A stretch of 64,000 nt of DNA from Candidatus Delongbacteria bacterium (GTDB taxonomy: Bacteria; CAIWAD01), in the NCBI GenBank assembly GCA_963663545.1, contig OY760505.1:2528001-2592000 (forward strand), in the 5' to 3' direction. This document shows positions 59,715 to 64,000 of this stretch, piece after piece (the stretch's first letter is position 1; each line of letters starts with the position of its first letter). The notes beneath the pieces are model-generated. The model was not told where the DNA came from, did no database searches, and worked only from the letters and a program-made list of their open reading frames with translations. A program made the position numbers and the translations under genes.

Positions 59715-60458
59715 ACGAGTAGCGAACCACAGCTTAGCACGAAAGAAGCCTTGCTGAATGCTGCCTGCCATGTGTTTGCGGAGCGTGGCTTTGTCGAGTC
59801 CAAGGTGGCCGACATTTGCCGCGAAGCGGGTACGAACATCGCCTCGGTCAACTACCATTTCGGCGGCAAAGAGCAGCTCTTTCTTGAGGCAATCCGCCAT
59901 GCTCACAAAGTAGCGCTGGCGCGATACCCCCTGGGTGGCGAGTTGCCAACGGACGCCGATCCCAAGGATCGCTTGTATGCTTTCATTTTTGCCGTTGTAT
60001 CACGCATTCTGGACGACGAGATTCCCGGGACCTTTCACCGCATGCTCGGTCACGAGTTCGCACGCGGTCACAGCTGTATGTACCAGATCGTGCAGGATAC
60101 GGTGAAGCAGGATCGTCGCATCATGCTTGCGGCTGTTGCGGATATTCTCGGACAGACACTCACGCCTGTGCAGGAACATCTCGTGACACATTTGGTGATT
60201 ACACCGCTGATTGGTCTGGCTATGCATCGTGTGCGTAATGCGCGTACTGGTCATGCAACACCGCATATGGGACGTCCCGAAGCCTTCGCCAAACTATATG
60301 CGCGCTACATTATTGGAGGCCTTGGGGCATTGGAAGATATCCTTCCCGAGATGACCTTCGATGAGCTTCCGGGCGATATGCGTATTCATATGATGGATCA
60401 CGAATGCTGCAAGAAGGCGCAAAAGAAATACATCAACCGGCTCCAGGATGAGGAATAG
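59715..60458 (+). CDS. TetR/AcrR family regulator
   Basis: TKEALLNAACHVFAERGF...ICREAGTNIASVNYHFGGKEQL; start uncertain (ACG 59715 after AGGAG, or TTG 59751). Confidence 0.88.
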   Translation, partial: TSSEPQLSTKEALLNAACHVFAERGFVESKVADICREAGTNIASVNYHFGGKEQLFLEAIRHAHKVALARYPLGGELPTDADPKDRLYAFIFAVVSRILDDEIPGTFHRMLGHEFARGHSCMYQIVQDTVKQDRRIMLAAVADILGQTLTPVQEHLVTHLVITPLIGLAMHRVRNARTGHATPHMGRPEAFAKLYARYIIGGLGALEDILPEMTFDELPGDMRIHMMDHECCKKAQKKYINRLQDEE

Positions 60459-60459
60459 C

Positions 60460-61887
60460 ATGTATCACATGGTTTATCGGCGAACCCTGGCATCGGGTCT
60501 GGCCCTTCTGGCACTACTGCTGCTGCAGTCGTGCGGATGGATGCCGCCGAGCGAGGTGGAGAACACCCAGCTGAGTCTTCCGACCGAGTATCAGCTCTAC
60601 CAGGCTGGTGAGGATGTATCACGGCCCTGGTGGACTCAGTTCGGCTCAGCAGAACTGGACAGCCTGATCCAGCTCGCCATGAGCGACAATCTTACTCTGA
60701 TGCAGGCCTACGCCAGACTACAGCAGGCACAGGCAACAGCGCGGCAAGCGGGCGCATACCGCTACCCTGCATTGAATGCGAGCGCGGCGGCTTCCCAGAA
60801 GGAAGTGCGTACTGAGAACGGCACCGATCCCGTTACACAAATCACTAGTGAAACGTACGGCACGGGTCTGGCGGCGAGTTGGGAGCTGGATCTGTGGGGA
60901 AGAGTCAATGCAACAGCGCGATCGAGCGCGGCCAGCCTGGCAGCAGTAGAAGAGGATCTTGCCGCAGCACAACAGAGCATCGCGGCTGAAATCACCCTCA
61001 CCTGGCTTGAACTGATCGCGGCTGATGCGAATGTCAGCCTTCTACAGCAGCAGCTTGATGATCAAGAAGCCCGATTGGAGCTAAGCGAGCTTGGCTATCG
61101 CAAAGGCTACTACGATGCTGCGACGCTGCAACAACAACGCTTGAGTACTGCGGAGCGCAAGAGTGCCATTCCCGCTGAAGTATCACGGCGTGAAAATCTG
61201 CGCCAGCAACTGAATCTGCTGCTGGGGCGGCCACCGATGACAGAGCTGGTGCTTGCCACAACGGAATTGCCGTGTATCACAACGCTGCCTGAAATGGGAT
61301 TGCCTGCCGAGTTGCTCAGTCAGCGCCCGGATCTGCGTGCTACCGGACGTAGACTCTACGCGCTTGAGTGGTCGGTGAAGGCGGCTCGCGCTGCTCGTCT
61401 TCCGGCGATCAGCTTGTCGGCGTCACACAACTACCAGGCGGGTGAGATGGACTTGCTCTTCGATAACTGGACAACGAATCTTGCCAGCAATCTGGCGATG
61501 CCGGTTTTTGCCGGTGGTCGCCTGCAGGCGGGCGTTGATCTGGCGCAGGCTAAGCGTGACGAGAGCTTTGCGGCTTACAAGGCAGCCGTACTGTCTGCTG
61601 TGGCCGAGGTTGAAATTGGTATGCTGCGTGTGACACAACAGGAGACTACCGTTGAAGCCGTTGTATCACAGCTAAATGCAGCCCGGGGCGTGCTGCGCCA
61701 AACCGAGCAAGGCTATCTGAGCGGCGTGAATGATTATCAGAGCGTACTAAGCGCACGCAACACGGTCTTTGGACTGGAGCGCTCGCTGCTGACTTCCAAC
61801 TACACACTGCTGGCCTACCGTGTAGCCCTGTATCGGGCTCTGGGCGGAGACTGGATGAAAGACTATTCTGTGGGAGATGCACAATGA
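60460..61887 (+). CDS. RND efflux outer membrane lipoprotein (NodT/OprM family)
   Basis: Lipobox LQSC, WWTQF, SWELDLWGR, LLSQRPDL, LYRALGGDW. Confidence 0.93.
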   Translation: MYHMVYRRTLASGLALLALLLLQSCGWMPPSEVENTQLSLPTEYQLYQAGEDVSRPWWTQFGSAELDSLIQLAMSDNLTLMQAYARLQQAQATARQAGAYRYPALNASAAASQKEVRTENGTDPVTQITSETYGTGLAASWELDLWGRVNATARSSAASLAAVEEDLAAAQQSIAAEITLTWLELIAADANVSLLQQQLDDQEARLELSELGYRKGYYDAATLQQQRLSTAERKSAIPAEVSRRENLRQQLNLLLGRPPMTELVLATTELPCITTLPEMGLPAELLSQRPDLRATGRRLYALEWSVKAARAARLPAISLSASHNYQAGEMDLLFDNWTTNLASNLAMPVFAGGRLQAGVDLAQAKRDESFAAYKAAVLSAVAEVEIGMLRVTQQETTVEAVVSQLNAARGVLRQTEQGYLSGVNDYQSVLSARNTVFGLERSLLTSNYTLLAYRVALYRALGGDWMKDYSVGDAQ

Positions 61888-63098
61888 CACCAAGTCGTTC
61901 CAATGACCTCAGCCCGCGGGAGAAGCGTGCGCTGCGTATCACGAGTGTGCTCGTCGTTCTGCTGGCCATTGTGGTGGCAGTTGTGTTGATCAAGACCAAG
62001 CCCCAGTCCCGACGTGCGCGGGCGACTCAAGGCAGTCCGCTTGTGGATGTGGCCGAACTAGTTGCTGCGGATCACCAGGTTGAGTTTGAAGTAACCGGAA
62101 CCCTGGAGCCAGCTATAGAAGTCAATCTGCAGGCTCGTGTCGCTGGACAAGTGCTGCGTATCCACTCCTCATTTATCGAGGGCGGAAGGGTTCAGTCCGG
62201 TGATACACTCGTGTGGATTGATCCTACGGATTACGCGCTGGCGTTGGAGAACAGTCGCAACGCGGTTGAGACGGCACGCGTGAGCTTGCTGACTGAGGAG
62301 GGGCGCCAGGAAATTGCGCTTCGCGAGTACGAATTGATGGGCTTTGACACGCAGGAGCTCAGCGACACCGATCGCGATCTTGTGTTACGCCAACCGCAAT
62401 TACGTGCTGCCCAAGCTGCATTGCGTAGCGCTGAGGCGGCTCTGCGGCTGGCTGAGCTGAACCTGGAGCGCACGGCAGTGCTGGCTCCGGTGGATGGTCT
62501 GGTTACCGAGGCCGCTGTGGATTTGGGCGACATGGTGACTACGGCCACATCGCTGGGCCGCCTGGCGGGTAGCGATTCCTGGTGGCTACGTTGTGCCCTG
62601 CCGGTGGACGAAGTCCAGTGGATCGACTTTCCCGCAAGCGGCAAGCGTGGATCACAAGTCAGTGCAACCAGTATTGCCGGTGTCCCACTGTCGGGTCGCG
62701 TCAAGCAGCTTGAGGCTGAGTTGGAGTCCGGTGGGCGCATGGCGCGGCTGGTCATCGAGATCCCGAATCCGTTGAAGCAGGCCAGTGATGCGGGAAACCC
62801 GCTAATGCTGGGCGAGTACCTGGAAGCCGTGATACACGGTATCACCGTTCAGAACGTAGTGGCCGTCAACCGCGAGTACATGCACGATGGCAGCCAGATC
62901 TGGCTTGTGGGAAACGATGGGATGTTGTCCATCCAAAGCCCGGAACGGGTGTGGGCCGACGAGGAGCACGTTCTGCTACGTGGGCTGGATCTGGCAATGC
63001 ACGTTGTTACCTCAAGTCTGACCAGCGCTGTGGATGGCATGAGCGTTCGCGTGTCCGGTGATACACAGGCTCAATCCGGAAAGGATGGCGCCGAATGA
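61884..63098 (+). CDS. RND efflux periplasmic adaptor (MFP)
   Basis: N-terminal TM, lipoyl-like halves flanking a helical hairpin, NLERTAVLAPVDG. Confidence 0.92.
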   Translation: MTPSRSNDLSPREKRALRITSVLVVLLAIVVAVVLIKTKPQSRRARATQGSPLVDVAELVAADHQVEFEVTGTLEPAIEVNLQARVAGQVLRIHSSFIEGGRVQSGDTLVWIDPTDYALALENSRNAVETARVSLLTEEGRQEIALREYELMGFDTQELSDTDRDLVLRQPQLRAAQAALRSAEAALRLAELNLERTAVLAPVDGLVTEAAVDLGDMVTTATSLGRLAGSDSWWLRCALPVDEVQWIDFPASGKRGSQVSATSIAGVPLSGRVKQLEAELESGGRMARLVIEIPNPLKQASDAGNPLMLGEYLEAVIHGITVQNVVAVNREYMHDGSQIWLVGNDGMLSIQSPERVWADEEHVLLRGLDLAMHVVTSSLTSAVDGMSVRVSGDTQAQSGKDGAE

Positions 63099-64000
63099 GT
63101 ACTCACGACCCGCAGATTGAAACACGTGGACCCGTTGCTTGGATGGCGGGCAACAGCGTAGCCGCCAATCTCCTGATGGTGGTCGTGCTGGTGGGCGGAC
63201 TCTTCATGACCCGCACCATCAAGCAGGAAGTGTTTCCCGACATGTCCGCCGACATCGTCACCGTGAGCGTTGCCTATCCGGGTGCGAGCCCCGAAGAAGT
63301 GGAACAGGGCATTGTGCTGGCGGTGGAAGAAGCCGTTCAGGGCTTGGACGGCATCAAGGAGATCAGCAGCACGGCCTCCGAGGGCAATGCAACAATCTCC
63401 ATCGAGCTGCTCGAGGGCGAGGACCTGCAACAGCTGGTGGAGGACGTAAAGGGCGAGATTGACCAGATCACCACTTTGCCTGAAGATGCCGAAGAACCCG
63501 AGGTAGCCGAAGTATCACGTCGTCGCGAAGTGCTGTCCGCCATCGTCTACGGTGATGTGCCCGAGCGCACCTTGCACGATCTCGTGGAACACCTGCGCGA
63601 CGAGTTGTTGCAGGACGAGAACATCACACAGGTTGACCTTGGTGGCGTGCGTGCACTGGAAATCAGTGTTGAAGTATCACAGGAAAATCTGCAGCGCTAC
63701 GGTTTGACGCTGGCCGGTGTTGCCAGCCAGATCAAAACCTCTGCGCTTGATCTGCCAGGAGGTGGTGTCAAGACCAAGGGCGGGGAGATCCTGGTGCGTG
63801 TCACGGAGCGCCGTGACTGGGGAGACGAGTTCAGACAGCTGCCCCTCATCAGCCCATCCACGGGCGGTGAAGTTTTGTTGGGCGATATCGCCACCGTCAT
63901 CGACGGTTACAGTGATACAGACCTGTGGACCGAATACAACGGCAAGCGCGCCATGGAGCTGGAAGTCTATCGCATCGGTGATCAGACCCCGCTGGAAGTC
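63095..64000 (+). CDS. RND efflux permease (AcrB family), 3' part outside window
   Basis: ATG 63095; AWMAGNSVAANLLM...KQEVFPD...YPGASPEEVEQGI...DLPGG...LLGDIATV. Confidence 0.92.
   Translation, partial: MSTHDPQIETRGPVAWMAGNSVAANLLMVVVLVGGLFMTRTIKQEVFPDMSADIVTVSVAYPGASPEEVEQGIVLAVEEAVQGLDGIKEISSTASEGNATISIELLEGEDLQQLVEDVKGEIDQITTLPEDAEEPEVAEVSRRREVLSAIVYGDVPERTLHDLVEHLRDELLQDENITQVDLGGVRALEISVEVSQENLQRYGLTLAGVASQIKTSALDLPGGGVKTKGGEILVRVTERRDWGDEFRQLPLISPSTGGEVLLGDIATVIDGYSDTDLWTEYNGKRAMELEVYRIGDQTPLEV

Larger units (their letters stand above)
1..64000. repeat. Highly iterated dispersed heptamer GTRWYAC (mainly GTGATAC/GTATCAC)
   Basis: About 90 copies of GTGATAC/GTATCAC by manual count (e.g. 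3, 25, 1130, 1243, 8980, 17293, 31916, 33815, 41289, 62829, 62839), plus about 50 GTGACAC/GTGTCAC/GTAACAC/GTGTTAC. Confidence 0.85.

Noticed and set aside
1..64000. CRISPR array or REP family as explanation for the repeated motif
   Set aside because: Motif is 7-10 bp, irregularly spaced and mostly intragenic; no repeat-spacer array or cas gene seen
1..64000. GTGATAC as Chi/KOPS-like polar signal or CRP half-site
   Set aside because: Both orientations are about equal, and sites are mostly in coding sequence without TGTGA-N6-TCACA pairing

Overview
GC-rich (roughly 58%) bacterial chromosomal segment, probably from an FCB-superphylum lineage. This is inferred from many secreted proteins ending in a 'PNPFNP...K' T9SS type-A/FlgD-like C-terminal domain (CTD). 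Left to right it holds: four gingipain-like C25 proteins in two divergent pairs; glnA; small enzymes; an ABC-2 transporter; an ECF sigma factor with partner; a hybrid kinase; nth-folE-fumarase; an oxidative stress/repair group (Brx, SOD, mutM, bcp, ferritin); a nuclease-mutase-BMC pentamer-deoC-nucleoside phosphorylase operon; split class II RNR with tandem NrdR boxes; a decayed 8.5 kb island in tRNA-Lys(CTT) carrying two CTD proteins; HDOD and FG-GAP proteins; and a TetR-controlled RND efflux operon running off the right edge. The strongest unexplained signal is a dispersed degenerate palindromic heptamer, GTRWYAC. Its main form GTGATAC/GTATCAC occurs about 90 times by eye versus about 6 expected, in both orientations and across reading frames, and is nearly absent from the island. 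All counts are manual and all protein family calls come from motif recognition, not database searches.
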